From the NCBI GenBank assembly GCA_020854775.1, contig JAHKLZ010000005.1:119736-183735 (forward strand): a stretch of 64,000 nt of DNA. Reading direction: 5' to 3'. Made by a program: the position numbers and the translations under genes. The stretch comes from Candidatus Woesearchaeota archaeon (lineage in GTDB: Archaea > Nanobdellota > Nanobdellia > Woesearchaeales > 21-14-0-10-32-9). The notes beneath the pieces were generated by a model that was not told the DNA's origin, did no database searches, and was given only the letters and a program-made list of their open reading frames with translations. Positions 1 to 10,222 of the stretch are shown here, piece by piece (position 1 is the stretch's first letter; each line of letters starts with the position of its first letter).

Positions 1-1
1 A

Positions 2-160
2 GAAGTTGGCGTATTGGGTGATTCTGTTAATGTTCTTTTGAAGAAGCAAAAAATTAATTCTTTGAAAGTTGTGTATGGTCATACTTTTTTTCAAGTTTTG
101 GTTGGTTTGTTTATTGGCGTGATTAGTACTGGTTTTTTCTTTTTGGTTTTGCTTATTTAG
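2..160 (+). CDS. 3' end of a membrane protein (partial; upstream part lies outside the window); C-terminal GHT..QVLVG..IG motif resembles the divergent PAP2 / DUF212 family
   Basis: Open frame from position 2 to TAG at 158-160. Translation ...VVYGHTFFQVLVGLFIGVISTGFFFLVLLI* is a hydrophobic C-terminus. Family assignment is from motif memory only. Confidence 0.35.
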   Translation, partial: EVGVLGDSVNVLLKKQKINSLKVVYGHTFFQVLVGLFIGVISTGFFFLVLLI

Positions 161-241
161 AAAGGTTAATAAATGATTACTGTTAGTAATCTTTTGATTA
201 TTAAAATGTTTAATATTTTTTGTAAAAGAGGTTTGTTTTGA

Positions 242-1777
242 ATGGCTGATATCCTTAAGAATCATGAATTATTGGTGAAGTTCGGTTTTATTAATAGTAG
301 TGCCAAGGATTTGTATGAGTATAATGATAAAAAGGGTTATTATGTTCTTAAGCCAGGTGTTAAAGGTGTTACTGCTTATGATGCGAGTCATGCTGATGAG
401 GAGTTAGATGAGGATTATAATATTAGTAGTACTGGCACGTATCAGAATACTGGTTATCCTTCTACTAAGAAGCGTTATAGGTTGATTAGTGAGTCTTTTG
501 GGATGTCGTTGGAAGAGTTGTACTTTTGGAGTATTGGTCATCTTCGTCAAGATAATGGTTTTCCTAAGATGGTTAAAGTTACTGATGTTTTTTCTGCTTC
601 TGAGAATAGTGCTTTTTTTGGTCAGAGTGCTCAACGTCTTAGTATTCAAGAGGATAGGGCTAGTGCTTTTCTTAAGGGTATTTCTGAGTTGGTTAGGACT
701 TTGTTTCAGATTGTTCGTGAGTTGAGGATTATTGATGAGCGTTTAACTGTTTATGGTAATAGGAAGAATTCTAAGAGTGCGGATGCTACTCTTAAGGGTT
801 TGTTTGCTGACTTTGCTGAGAATAAGGGCGGTCAGGCTCAGCCTGGTAGTTTATTTCATCTTTCTAATCAGGTTGGTTACGCAGTTCTTCCTGATTTGTT
901 TTTTAATACTGTTGTCCATAATAAGGATGATGTTGATAAAGTAGTTGATGGTTTGAATTTTAATCAGAGCGTGAAGAGTGTTTTGAAGAGGAAGTTGTAT
1001 CAGTTCTTGGTTTGGGTTGATGAGACTGAGAAGGAATTAATTACTAGGCGTAGGTTTCAGATTAAGTATTTGCGCCAGCATTATGTTACTATTAAGACTT
1101 ATATGTCTTGGGTTAAGCCTTATTTGAAGCATATTAAGCGTTTGACTATGAATGAGGAGCAATTGGATAGTCCTGATCTTATTAGTAGTTTTGAGACTTC
1201 GTCTACTGAAATAGAAGTTATTGGTTATAAGCCTATTAAGAACGTGAATGCTTGTGTTTTAATGACTTTTCTTTTTAATACTAGGCCTGTTCTTAATTAT
1301 CAGCAAGAAGCTTCTAGAGGTCCTGTTCATGTTGGTAAGGGCACTATGACTCTTAGGGCTTATGCTTGGACTGATAAGCAGATTGAGATGTATAGGCGAA
1401 TGAAGGATTATGAGGATCGTGAGTTGCTTGGTTTGGTTGATGATCAGTTGAAGTCAGCGATGGATATGCTTGGTGATGATCTTGATAGTTATATTAGGGA
1501 GGCTGAGGGTACTATTGAGGAGCCTGTTGTTTCTAGTGGTAGGGATAAGCTTAAGCCTATTCAGAGTGATTTGAATGTTTTTGATCCTTTTATTAGTATT
1601 TTTAAGGGTTTTGGTGAGATTGGTAAGGCTTTTGTTCCTAATATTTCTTTGGGCGGTAAGTCTAAAAAAGGAGAGGTTAGTGAGGGTGATGTTAAGGGTG
1701 CTATTAAGGCCGCGTCTGGCGCTATGTGGATGATTTTTAAGAATTATAAGAAGGCGCATGGTATGCTTTCTTGGTAG
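242..1777 (+). CDS. hypothetical protein (511 aa), no recognisable domain
   Basis: Long ORF with AGAGG 8 nt upstream of the ATG. Codon usage is the plus-strand type (AAG/GAG, T/G third positions). No motif recognised. Confidence 0.6.
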   Translation: MADILKNHELLVKFGFINSSAKDLYEYNDKKGYYVLKPGVKGVTAYDASHADEELDEDYNISSTGTYQNTGYPSTKKRYRLISESFGMSLEELYFWSIGHLRQDNGFPKMVKVTDVFSASENSAFFGQSAQRLSIQEDRASAFLKGISELVRTLFQIVRELRIIDERLTVYGNRKNSKSADATLKGLFADFAENKGGQAQPGSLFHLSNQVGYAVLPDLFFNTVVHNKDDVDKVVDGLNFNQSVKSVLKRKLYQFLVWVDETEKELITRRRFQIKYLRQHYVTIKTYMSWVKPYLKHIKRLTMNEEQLDSPDLISSFETSSTEIEVIGYKPIKNVNACVLMTFLFNTRPVLNYQQEASRGPVHVGKGTMTLRAYAWTDKQIEMYRRMKDYEDRELLGLVDDQLKSAMDMLGDDLDSYIREAEGTIEEPVVSSGRDKLKPIQSDLNVFDPFISIFKGFGEIGKAFVPNISLGGKSKKGEVSEGDVKGAIKAASGAMWMIFKNYKKAHGMLSW

Positions 1778-1907
1778 TTTCTTCGTGCTTGTTTTAATTA
1801 TTTATTGAGCTTCTTAAAAAAATGAGAGGCACAAAAAATCTTTGATTTTTTAGTGTGTTCAAATCCCGCAAAGATTACTTAAACCAACAACTCTCAAAAA
1901 AAGAAAA

Positions 1908-2023
1908 TGCACCGACCGGGATTTGAACCCGGACCAACGGCTATCTTCGCGCATGTGAAGGTTCAGCGAATCTTTGATTCTAGCGCGTGGAAGGCCGCTA
2001 TCCTACCATTAGACTATCGGTGC
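1908..2023 (-). tRNA. tRNA-Gly(UCC) with a ~45-nt canonical (37/38) intron
   Basis: Read on the minus strand: acceptor GCACCGA/TCGGTGC, D-arm GTCT-AATGGTA-GGAT, anticodon stem GCGGC with loop CTTCCA|, intron CGCGC...GCGCGAAGAT, then A-GCCGT, variable TGGT, T-arm CCGGG-TTCAAAT-CCCGG, discriminator A. No CCA is encoded. Exon and intron lengths sum to the observed 116 nt. Confidence 0.65.
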
Positions 2024-2217
2024 TTTGTTTTTTGGTACAAATTATTAATTTATAAAGGTTTTGTATGATTTGGTTTTTTGGTTTTTTGGGTTGTTTTTCG
2101 TCTGGTTTTTCTTTTGTTTAAATTAGAAAGCTTTAAATAATTTGATTTTTAAACTTATTATTGAATTATTTTTATTATTTTATTTTTTTTAGTAAAAAAG
2201 AGGGTGTGAGTTTTTTT

Positions 2218-3417
2218 ATGAAGACTGTTGATAGTGTTTCGCGTGGTAAGCAGGAGAAGTCTACTAAGTTGCTTTTTGATAGTTTGAGTAAGAAGACTAA
2301 TTATTATTTGAATAAGCCTTTGGTTACTGATTCTGATTTGTATTATTTTGTTAAGGATTTTTTTCGTGAATTCTTAGATATTAATCATGAGTTATCGTTT
2401 GATGAGATTATTAGGGAGCTTGATAAGGTTTTTGTTAATAAAGAAGTGAAGAAGGCCGTTGTTGATTATGTTAATAAGATTAAGGCTGTGGAGTATAAGG
2501 ATTCTTTTTTTGATGAGGAGAAGATTAGGGATTTGATTAAGGAGTTTTATGATGTTGTTAAGTTTTTGAGGTCTGAGGAGAAGAAGGAGAAAAGTTTTTT
2601 TTATAATTTTTTTAGAAAGCTTGGTTTGGTTAGTAGTAATGACGATGATGTTTCTGAGGGTATTACTTTTGAGATTGATACTTCTAAGTTAAGTGATGAT
2701 GTTTCTAGTAATGATGAAGGAGTTGTTTCTTCTGTTGGTGAATCAAAAATTATTAAGGATGCTGTTGATTCAAAAGTTAAGGATGATGAAGTGGTTAGTG
2801 ATTTGCCTAGTTCTGATTCTAATGATATTGTTGATTCAGTTATTAAAGATAATAACAAAAAGATTTCTGATACAGATAAAGTTGCTGATTCAAGTGTTAA
2901 AGATGAAATCATAAAGTCTGACGAGAAGGATTTGAGTGGTTTTGATGCTGGTAATAATTTTTCTGAGGATGTTGTTTCTAGTTCTGTTGGCGTGATTGAT
3001 GATTCTTGGTCTAAGACTAAAGATGTTAAGAATAATGTTAAGAGTGATGATTGGTTAAAGGATGTTAATGTTAAGAAGACTAAAGTTAGTAAAGAGTTTT
3101 CTGGTGAGGTTTCTGTTGTTTCTGATTCTTCTAAGGATGTTAGTGAGAGTGTTGATAAATCTGTTAATGATGTTAGTGATGAAGAAGTTCCTGTTGTTAA
3201 TGACTCCGAGGATATTAAAGAGAGTTCTGTTTCTGAGGATGTTGATGTTAAAGATGTTTTTAGGTTGCTTGATGATTCTATGAGTCTTGTTGATAAGGAT
3301 GATTTGGTTAGTGTGTATATTTCGGTTAATGATTTGTATGAGAAGTTAAGTAAGGATGAAAAAACTAAGGTTTATCCTTTGTTAGTTTCTTTGTATGAGC
3401 GTATTTCTAAGCTTTAG
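2218..3417 (+). CDS. acidic Ser/Asp/Val-rich protein with structured N- and C-terminal regions and a long low-complexity acidic core
   Basis: The ORF-track frame begins at 2161. ATG at 2218 is preceded by AAAGAGGGTG (SD-like). The central region is DVSS/DSxV repeats. Confidence 0.55.
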   Translation: MKTVDSVSRGKQEKSTKLLFDSLSKKTNYYLNKPLVTDSDLYYFVKDFFREFLDINHELSFDEIIRELDKVFVNKEVKKAVVDYVNKIKAVEYKDSFFDEEKIRDLIKEFYDVVKFLRSEEKKEKSFFYNFFRKLGLVSSNDDDVSEGITFEIDTSKLSDDVSSNDEGVVSSVGESKIIKDAVDSKVKDDEVVSDLPSSDSNDIVDSVIKDNNKKISDTDKVADSSVKDEIIKSDEKDLSGFDAGNNFSEDVVSSSVGVIDDSWSKTKDVKNNVKSDDWLKDVNVKKTKVSKEFSGEVSVVSDSSKDVSESVDKSVNDVSDEEVPVVNDSEDIKESSVSEDVDVKDVFRLLDDSMSLVDKDDLVSVYISVNDLYEKLSKDEKTKVYPLLVSLYERISKL

Positions 3418-3424
3418 TTTTTTT

Positions 3425-6400
3425 TTATTTGTTGTCTTTTATTGACATTCTTATGAATGAGAATACGTAGAATGTTATTGCTATGAATATTAGTGCTACT
3501 GAGCCCATTATTATTTCGAACCAGTTTTGTGATGTGAAGTCTAGTCCTGCTTTTAGTGCTCCTGGTTGTTCTCTTCTTAGGAATTCTTCTTGTGATAATA
3601 AGTAGTTACATCCGTTTATTGCTGCATCTATTAGTCTTAATGCGTCTTGTGTTTGTTCTTGTTCTAGCATTCTTGAAGCTGTGTCTAGTAAATCGTTTAG
3701 TTCTGCGCATTGAGGACTTGATGTTAGTAAGTCGCGCGCGTATGTTACTAGTGCTCTTACGTTTTCTGGGTTATCTCCCATCATTTCTAGTCCCGCTATT
3801 ATTAGTGTTTCTGAATCAGTAAATTCTGGGTTTTGTACGTCTGCGAATATGTTTATTTTTATAGGTCCTGGTTTTCTGTAATTTGTTAGGACTAATTTCA
3901 CGTCTTGTTTTTGTCCTACTGGTAGCGACGGTATGTTTGTTATTGAGAAGAACATTTCTATTTTATCTTCTTCTGAGGATAAATTTTCTTGTAAGTTATT
4001 AGTTGTTGTTGCTGATAGTGTTATTCCTGATAATTCAGTTGTCCAATTATTTTTTACTTCTATCGGTATTTCTATTGTTTGATTCTGGTAGAATACCGCG
4101 TTTCCTGGATAAATTATTTTTGTTGGTGCTGGGACGTCTACTTCTTCTTGTATTGGCATTGTTATTGTTTCTGTTATTATTATTGTTTTTTCTGATGCTA
4201 CGTCTCCGTCTGATACTGCTTCTAGTATTTCTATGATTACTTCTTCGCTTGTTACGCTTTCATCGTATTCGTCTGTCGCGGTGAATCGCACTACGCACAT
4301 TCCTCTTGCGTATCCTATTATTGTTAGGTTTGTTCCTTCAAATACGAAGTCAGCGTTACAATATCCTGCTGTCATTTCGTGGCTGAATGTTAAACTTGGT
4401 AATTCTTTTACTCCTGAGAATTCTTCTATGCATGGATTTATTGATGCTGGTCTTGTGTTTGTAGGATCATCATCTGGGTCGTAGAATCGTTGATGCGCGA
4501 AGTATCCTAAGTAGTTAGGCCACATTATGCTTCCGCTGAATTTTATGTCGTGTAATGAGTCTTCGCAATAAATTGGTGGTCGATTAACGTTTGATATGTT
4601 TACTTGCCACGTCCACGTTGATGATGAATCTATTGCGTCTATTGCTTTCATTGTTATGTTGTTTATTCCTTCGCTGAAGAAATCAAAGTATACTTGGTAT
4701 GATGAATTATATTTTGAGATAACATTTGTTTTTGTTTCTATTAGTTCCCCGTTCACATATAATTCTGTTTTTAATGAATTGAATTCTCCTTCCGGGTCAT
4801 TCATATATATTACTGGGTCTATTTCTATGTTCGCGTCGAATACTATGTATGTGTTTTCTTCTCCTTCTATGTATGATGGATTAGTCATTTCTGCTGCGTT
4901 TTTGTATCCTGCATATGTTGTTCCGTTTTCGAAGTAAGGTCTTATTTCTGTGAATCTTGGTGGCGTGGTTTCGTTGTATACTCTGAAGTTTATTGTTTGG
5001 TTTGTTGAGCTGCCTTCTAGGTCTGTTACTTGAACTGTTATGAATTGTTCTCCTACTGTGTTAGGAACAAATGTTAGTGTTGCTACGTCTTCGTATCCTA
5101 CGTGTTTAGTGAATGATATTATTGTTATGTTTGATTGGTTTATTGTTGTGTATGTTAGTTCTTCTGTCGGATTCGGTAAGTATAAGTCGAAGTCTGTTGC
5201 ATATAGTATTTCTGTTCTTGTTCTTCCTTGTGCCATGTTGTTAAATGTTATTTCTTCATCTGTTACGTTATTTCTTGGGTTCATGTCAAAGAATGGCGGA
5301 TCGTTTTCATTTAGTACTGTGAATACTAGGTTAGTTGTTGAATTTACGTTGCTTGCTCCATGTGAGTCATATAATGTTATTGTTAAGTTATGTGTTCCTA
5401 CTAGTTCGTTTGCGTACAGTGTTTTGTTTGGTCTTTGGTTTTCTGGATGCGTGTTTGTTTTGTTTATTATCCAGTTTGATAGGTTGAAGTGCCAATTCGT
5501 TATGTTCGCGCTTCCTTGCATATACGTATTGTTTTGTTCTAACGCCATTAAGTATATTTCTTGGTTGAATCTTGGGTTGTTGCTTGAAATTGATATGTAT
5601 ACGTTGTCTCCGTCTGGATCCGTTGTGTTGAATGGAACTATTATTTCGTCGTTTTGATTATGTATTATTGGTTCTGTTAGCGTACTTATTATTGGTGGTT
5701 GATTCGCTATTATTTCTAGGTTCATTATTCTTGTATGGTTTAGTCCTTGGTTGTCTGTTGCTGTTATTTCTATTTCCCAGTTTCCTATTAAGTCTTGGTT
5801 AAGGAATGTTAGCGGCATTACTCCTGTTTGTGAATTTATGTTAAATCTTGAATCATTAGTTGTGTATGTTATTATTCCTGTATTATTAATATCGTAAGTG
5901 TGTTGGTCCGGGTCTGTTGCGTTTACTTTGTATACTGCCGATGCCACATATAAGCTTACTGATAAATTGCTCATGTTTGTTTGTCCGCCTATGTTTTGTT
6001 CGTATAAGCTTAATTCATGTACTTCAGGGGGATCGTTTACGTTAGTTATGTTAAAGAATACCGGGATTGTTGATGATGAACCTAATTGATCTGTTAATTC
6101 TATGTTCATCATTCTGCATATTACGTGGTTGTTTGTTAAATTTGTTATGTTTATTAGTGCTGATGCGTTGTTCCATGAATTATTTAATACTTGTAATGTT
6201 TGGTTCCATTCAAAGTATTGTGGGGCGCAATGAGGATCTATTGTTTCGTTATATAAAGGTAGTATTCTGAAGCTTATTGTGTCATTTTCATCAGGGTCTC
6301 GTGCTTCTATTAATAATTCGAATGGTTCTCCTTGCGTTCCTATTATATTAGTTAAATTAGTTGTGACATAAGGTAATTCGCTTGTTCTATTTATTTGTAA

Positions 6401-7402
6401 ATTAAACGTTTGGTTCGTTGCAGGTCTGGATTCATTACTTCCGTAACTGTCCGTCACGAATATTGTAACAGTCCAATTTCCTACGTCCGCGTTTGTTGGT
6501 TTTCCTTCAGGGAATCCTAAAAGAATTGTTGTTTGATTATTTTCTTCAGGAGTAACTAATTTTAATCCTAATCCTTCATTGTGTGATAATGAGAAGTTTA
6601 ATGGTAAGTTTAATTCTTCGTCGTATGCTTCTACTAAGTAAGTCCAGTTTGATTCTGGTAACGCATTAAGGCTTAAATCAAGTATTTCTGTTTCGAATCT
6701 TGCTTGGTCATTTACTGGTATTATTGTTAATTTAAAGTCTCTGAATACGCTGTATCCTTCTGCTGCTGTTTCTTCTGCTCTTAATCTTATTGTATAATTA
6801 ATTGGTGATTCTGATGCAGGTAGTGTTGTTCCTGTTAGTGTGTAGTGTGTTGGTTCACACACCATAGTTCCCGTGTTTTGATTTAAGCTATGGCATAAGT
6901 CTCTTTCAGATGTGTCTGTTATTGAGTATGATAATGTGTCTCCGTCAGGGTCTGTTGCGTTGAAATAAACGTTGTATACTTCGTCTTCTGTTATTTCTTG
7001 ATATTCAAATATTTCTGTTCCGTTCGCGAAGAACATTCTTAGATTTGTTGGAGCTGAATTTCTTATTTGTACTGTTCTGTTTCCTTGATGTTCTATTTCT
7101 CCTCCTAGATAAGTTGTTACTTCGCAAGTCCAGGTTTCATTTTTTGTTGTTTGGGTTGATGAAACTGTTGTTGAGTTTCCTATTCCTGTTATTTCTCCGT
7201 TTCTATACCAGTTTATGTTGTAATAATCGTATCCTTCAAAGTCGAATGAACATATTAGTGTATCTATCGTGTAAGGATTTAAGGGTTCTATGAATACGTT
7301 GGGTGAATTGGCGCCTGCTGTGTTTATTAGAAAAATAATTAGCATAGTGACTAATACTAGGATTGTTTGTTTGCTTTTTTTGTTTATTAGTTTTTGTAGC
7401 AT
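3425..7402 (-). CDS. giant secreted surface protein (1325 aa): N-terminal signal peptide, many N-x-S/T sequons, repeated DPDGD/DPDEND cadherin-like or PKD-like modules, C-terminal TM anchor (S-layer or adhesin-like)
   Basis: N-terminus MLQKLINKKSKQTILVLVTMLIIFLINTAGANS. Motifs ATDPDGDTLSYSITD, TTDPDGDNVYISIS, EARDPDENDTISF. C-terminus WFEIIMGSVALIFIAITFYVFSFIRMSIKDNK is a TM helix with a basic tail. Confidence 0.8.
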   Translation of the reverse strand: MLQKLINKKSKQTILVLVTMLIIFLINTAGANSPNVFIEPLNPYTIDTLICSFDFEGYDYYNINWYRNGEITGIGNSTTVSSTQTTKNETWTCEVTTYLGGEIEHQGNRTVQIRNSAPTNLRMFFANGTEIFEYQEITEDEVYNVYFNATDPDGDTLSYSITDTSERDLCHSLNQNTGTMVCEPTHYTLTGTTLPASESPINYTIRLRAEETAAEGYSVFRDFKLTIIPVNDQARFETEILDLSLNALPESNWTYLVEAYDEELNLPLNFSLSHNEGLGLKLVTPEENNQTTILLGFPEGKPTNADVGNWTVTIFVTDSYGSNESRPATNQTFNLQINRTSELPYVTTNLTNIIGTQGEPFELLIEARDPDENDTISFRILPLYNETIDPHCAPQYFEWNQTLQVLNNSWNNASALINITNLTNNHVICRMMNIELTDQLGSSSTIPVFFNITNVNDPPEVHELSLYEQNIGGQTNMSNLSVSLYVASAVYKVNATDPDQHTYDINNTGIITYTTNDSRFNINSQTGVMPLTFLNQDLIGNWEIEITATDNQGLNHTRIMNLEIIANQPPIISTLTEPIIHNQNDEIIVPFNTTDPDGDNVYISISSNNPRFNQEIYLMALEQNNTYMQGSANITNWHFNLSNWIINKTNTHPENQRPNKTLYANELVGTHNLTITLYDSHGASNVNSTTNLVFTVLNENDPPFFDMNPRNNVTDEEITFNNMAQGRTRTEILYATDFDLYLPNPTEELTYTTINQSNITIISFTKHVGYEDVATLTFVPNTVGEQFITVQVTDLEGSSTNQTINFRVYNETTPPRFTEIRPYFENGTTYAGYKNAAEMTNPSYIEGEENTYIVFDANIEIDPVIYMNDPEGEFNSLKTELYVNGELIETKTNVISKYNSSYQVYFDFFSEGINNITMKAIDAIDSSSTWTWQVNISNVNRPPIYCEDSLHDIKFSGSIMWPNYLGYFAHQRFYDPDDDPTNTRPASINPCIEEFSGVKELPSLTFSHEMTAGYCNADFVFEGTNLTIIGYARGMCVVRFTATDEYDESVTSEEVIIEILEAVSDGDVASEKTIIITETITMPIQEEVDVPAPTKIIYPGNAVFYQNQTIEIPIEVKNNWTTELSGITLSATTTNNLQENLSSEEDKIEMFFSITNIPSLPVGQKQDVKLVLTNYRKPGPIKINIFADVQNPEFTDSETLIIAGLEMMGDNPENVRALVTYARDLLTSSPQCAELNDLLDTASRMLEQEQTQDALRLIDAAINGCNYLLSQEEFLRREQPGALKAGLDFTSQNWFEIIMGSVALIFIAITFYVFSFIRMSIKDNK

Positions 7403-7751
7403 TTTTATTTTTTGTTTTGTTTTTCTCCTAGTTTTTGTATTATGTATTCTTTTAGTGTCATGTCTCGTGTTATTGCTTCTATTTTTAGTTGTTTGTGTAT
7501 GTCTTCAGGTATTTTTATGTTTATATTAGCCATTTTTTTATTTTTTTTAACACGACCCTCTTTTTATTTTTCATTTTTTTGTATTTATAAATATTGGTTT
7601 TTTTATTTGTGTTTCTTTGTTTTTTTTTAATTAAACAAAAAAAAGACTTATTTTAGTTATTTTTATTATTTTGTTAATTTTAGTTATTTTAATAAGTTTA
7701 ATAACTTTTTAGTATTTAAATGTTTTGAATAATCAATCAAAAGATAATCTT

Positions 7752-7759
7752 TATATACT
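7752..7759 (+). promoter_or_regulatory. TATA-like box (TTTATATA) ~21-28 nt upstream of the 7780 ATG; likely a leaderless transcript
   Basis: ctTTATATActaggaactagacattgcttatATG. Confidence 0.3.
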
Positions 7760-7779
7760 AGGAACTAGACATTGCTTAT

Positions 7780-8229
7780 ATGAAAAAAAGTTCTTTATCC
7801 AACAAAGAGAAATTGTACGTATTAGCAGGCATTATTGTTTTATTAGTTATTCTATTAATAATTGGTTCAAGTTTATACAATAAGCTTTCTACTTCTTCTA
7901 AAGGAAAAATAGAACTAAATTTAAAAGATTCTAAGATTGTTTCCGGGGAAGAAACTCGTCTTTTTGTAATTGTTAAAAACACCGGTTCTTCTTTGATGGA
8001 AGGCACTTTGTTCATCACTGCTGATGATGTTTTAGCAGTTAATGTATCTCATGAAGATCCTAGTGTTTTGAACATTAAGCTATATCCAGGAGAATCAGTT
8101 ACTAGGATTTTTAGTGTTTCTGGAATCACTAACGCTATTAGAACAGATTATAAGTTATTAGCAACAATTAAAAAAGGTAATGAGACTGTGTCTTCAAACG
8201 AATTAATTCTTACAGTTACTAAAGATTAA
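7780..8229 (+). CDS. small membrane-anchored secreted protein with a CARDB/DUF11-like beta domain
   Basis: N-terminal TM segment LYVLAGIIVLLVILLIIGSSLY. The segment GEETRLFVIVKNTGSS is typical of CARDB-type domains. Sits next to the giant surface protein gene. Confidence 0.45.
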   Translation: MKKSSLSNKEKLYVLAGIIVLLVILLIIGSSLYNKLSTSSKGKIELNLKDSKIVSGEETRLFVIVKNTGSSLMEGTLFITADDVLAVNVSHEDPSVLNIKLYPGESVTRIFSVSGITNAIRTDYKLLATIKKGNETVSSNELILTVTKD

Positions 8230-8238
8230 AAAAATTAA

Positions 8239-9432
8239 CTAAATTGTTAAGAAAAAAGTCATTACAGGCACCATTATGCAAGCCATCATAGTATTTCTAG
8301 GTATCCCTACGATGTTAACATACAATCCTAGAATTGTTGAAACAACCAATATTAATAATCCTAAGTATCCTGATAATATATAAGTCATTATTGTTATTAA
8401 GCTAAGAACTATTTTCACTACGGATTCATATTTTATTTTTTTCATTATTTTTAAGAATTTTTCCGCGCATTTCTTTGCTGAGAAAACACTTATTCCTCCG
8501 CTTATCATCGCCGCAGCTATAAGTAATGATGTTTCAGGTACTTGCCATAGTTCTTTTACTACGATTACTGCACCGTTTCTTGCCTTGCCTAATACGCTTA
8601 GTGCAGCTATGGACATGAAGAAATTAACTGTTGTTATACTCCCCATCATTATTAAGAAATTTTTAGCGTCTGACTCTTTTGAGAATATCGAAGCTATTCC
8701 CGCGGCAGTGCTTGATCCTAGTCCTGGAAGAATAGCTGTGATGAATCCTGACGCCGCGCCTAGCATAGAATTCTTTATTCCTGTCTTAATGTTTAACTCC
8801 GTTTTTTTTGTTAATTTTTGTTCCGGCATCACACTTTTTTCTTTTAAACTAAATATTAGAGTCGAGCATCCAAATAATCCTGAAAGTAAGGGAAATAAAG
8901 GATTTTCTATTCTTGAATTTAAAACCATCACCCCCAATATTCCTGCTGTTACATAAGTAAATAATGCTTTTCCTTTTTTGTCAGTTCTAGAAATTATGAA
9001 TATACCTGCTATTAATAATAGTTCAGGTATGTGTTTTGAAGCTATTGGATAAATTATGTTTATTATTTGTTCGAAGAAATAATAAAAAATGAAAGAAATT
9101 ATTAGTCCGAATAAAGATCCTATTATTGTTAGTTTTACTGCTTCTAATCCTTTGCCTTCTAAGAATAATCTGTGTCCTGGTAAGACGCTTAAAGCAGAAC
9201 TTGGTTCTGGCGCTCCTAAAAAAATACTCGGAATAGTACTTACGAAGCTGTGTGTGATCGACATGCTTATTATGAAACAAGCAATTGATTCTACTCCTGC
9301 TATTCCTAATAATTTCGCGGAAATAGATAAAAGCATAACCGCTACTAAATTAACATGTATTCCTGGAACTAAGCCTGTAAAAGTCCCAGCGATTATCCCT
9401 AGTAGCGTAGCTACTAGTATTTCTGTGAACAT
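8239..9432 (-). CDS. polytopic membrane permease, TctA/DUF112-like (tripartite tricarboxylate transporter large subunit family)
   Basis: Duplicated G-x-(L/V)PG-(I/L)-(H/G) motifs, TGLVPGIHVN and AILPGLGSSTAAG. About 10 or more predicted TM helices. Family call from motif memory. Confidence 0.45.
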   Translation of the reverse strand: MFTEILVATLLGIIAGTFTGLVPGIHVNLVAVMLLSISAKLLGIAGVESIACFIISMSITHSFVSTIPSIFLGAPEPSSALSVLPGHRLFLEGKGLEAVKLTIIGSLFGLIISFIFYYFFEQIINIIYPIASKHIPELLLIAGIFIISRTDKKGKALFTYVTAGILGVMVLNSRIENPLFPLLSGLFGCSTLIFSLKEKSVMPEQKLTKKTELNIKTGIKNSMLGAASGFITAILPGLGSSTAAGIASIFSKESDAKNFLIMMGSITTVNFFMSIAALSVLGKARNGAVIVVKELWQVPETSLLIAAAMISGGISVFSAKKCAEKFLKIMKKIKYESVVKIVLSLITIMTYILSGYLGLLILVVSTILGLYVNIVGIPRNTMMACIMVPVMTFFLTI

Positions 9433-9496
9433 ACTTTTATTTTTTTATTAAAGTTTATAAGTTTCTGTTGTTTAAAATCGTATGTTTTTCGAGGAC

Positions 9497-10123
9497 TTAT
9501 TGTTTGTATGCTTTTATTATGATTATGTCTTCTGTTGGCCAGTCTTGGTGTCCGTTTCTTGTTGTTGTTTGTACTTGTTTTATTTGGTCTACTACGTTCA
9601 TTCCTTCCGTTACTTTTCCGAATACTGCGTATCCTGGGTTTCCTGGTGCGTAGTTTAGGAAGTTATTGTCTGCTACGTTTATGAAGAATTGGCTCGTCGC
9701 GCTGTTTTCTGCAGGTGTTCTTGCCATAGCTATTGTTCCTTTGTTGTTTTTTAGTCCGTTGTTTGATTCTAATTTTATTGGCGGATTTGTTGTTTTTTGT
9801 GTTCCGTTTGGTAAGAATCCTCCTCCTTGTATCATGAATCCTGGTATTACTCTATGAAATATTAGTCCGTCGTAAAATCCTGATTCTACGTATTCTATGA
9901 AGTTCTGCGTTGTTATTGGTGCGTTTTCTTTGTCTAGTTCTATTTTTATGTTTCCTTTATTTGTTTCTAATATTATTATTGGATTCATTTCATTTACCTC
10001 TTCATTATTTGTTTGAATTATTTTAAAAAAGAAAAAGATTGCTATTATTATTGTTATTGCTATTATTACTTTTTTTGTTTTGGATTCTTTTTTGTTATGT
10101 TTTTTGTTTTTTGTTTTTTTCAT
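9497..10123 (-). CDS. cyclophilin-type peptidyl-prolyl cis-trans isomerase with an N-terminal membrane anchor
   Basis: FHRVIPGFMIQGGGF, GTIAMARTPAENSATSQFFINV and YAVFGKVTEGMNVVD are hallmark cyclophilin segments. N-terminal basic stretch plus TM helix. Confidence 0.85.
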   Translation of the reverse strand: MKKTKNKKHNKKESKTKKVIIAITIIIAIFFFFKIIQTNNEEVNEMNPIIILETNKGNIKIELDKENAPITTQNFIEYVESGFYDGLIFHRVIPGFMIQGGGFLPNGTQKTTNPPIKLESNNGLKNNKGTIAMARTPAENSATSQFFINVADNNFLNYAPGNPGYAVFGKVTEGMNVVDQIKQVQTTTRNGHQDWPTEDIIIIKAYKQ

Positions 10124-10222
10124 TTTATTATTTGGTTTTTGGTTTTTATTAATAAAATTTTTGGGCGTTATTTATTATTATTGTTTTTTATAATAGAAAT
10201 GCTTTTATATTAGAAGGTTTAA

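Noticed and set aside
2640-3300. Periodic DVSS/DSxV repeats in the acidic protein, and SSS/DSD runs in 10223..10831, considered as CRISPR-like or tandem DNA repeats
   Set aside because: The repeats are short, imperfect and coding (amino-acid-level low complexity) with no spacer/repeat periodicity. No CRISPR array or cas gene is present anywhere in the window.
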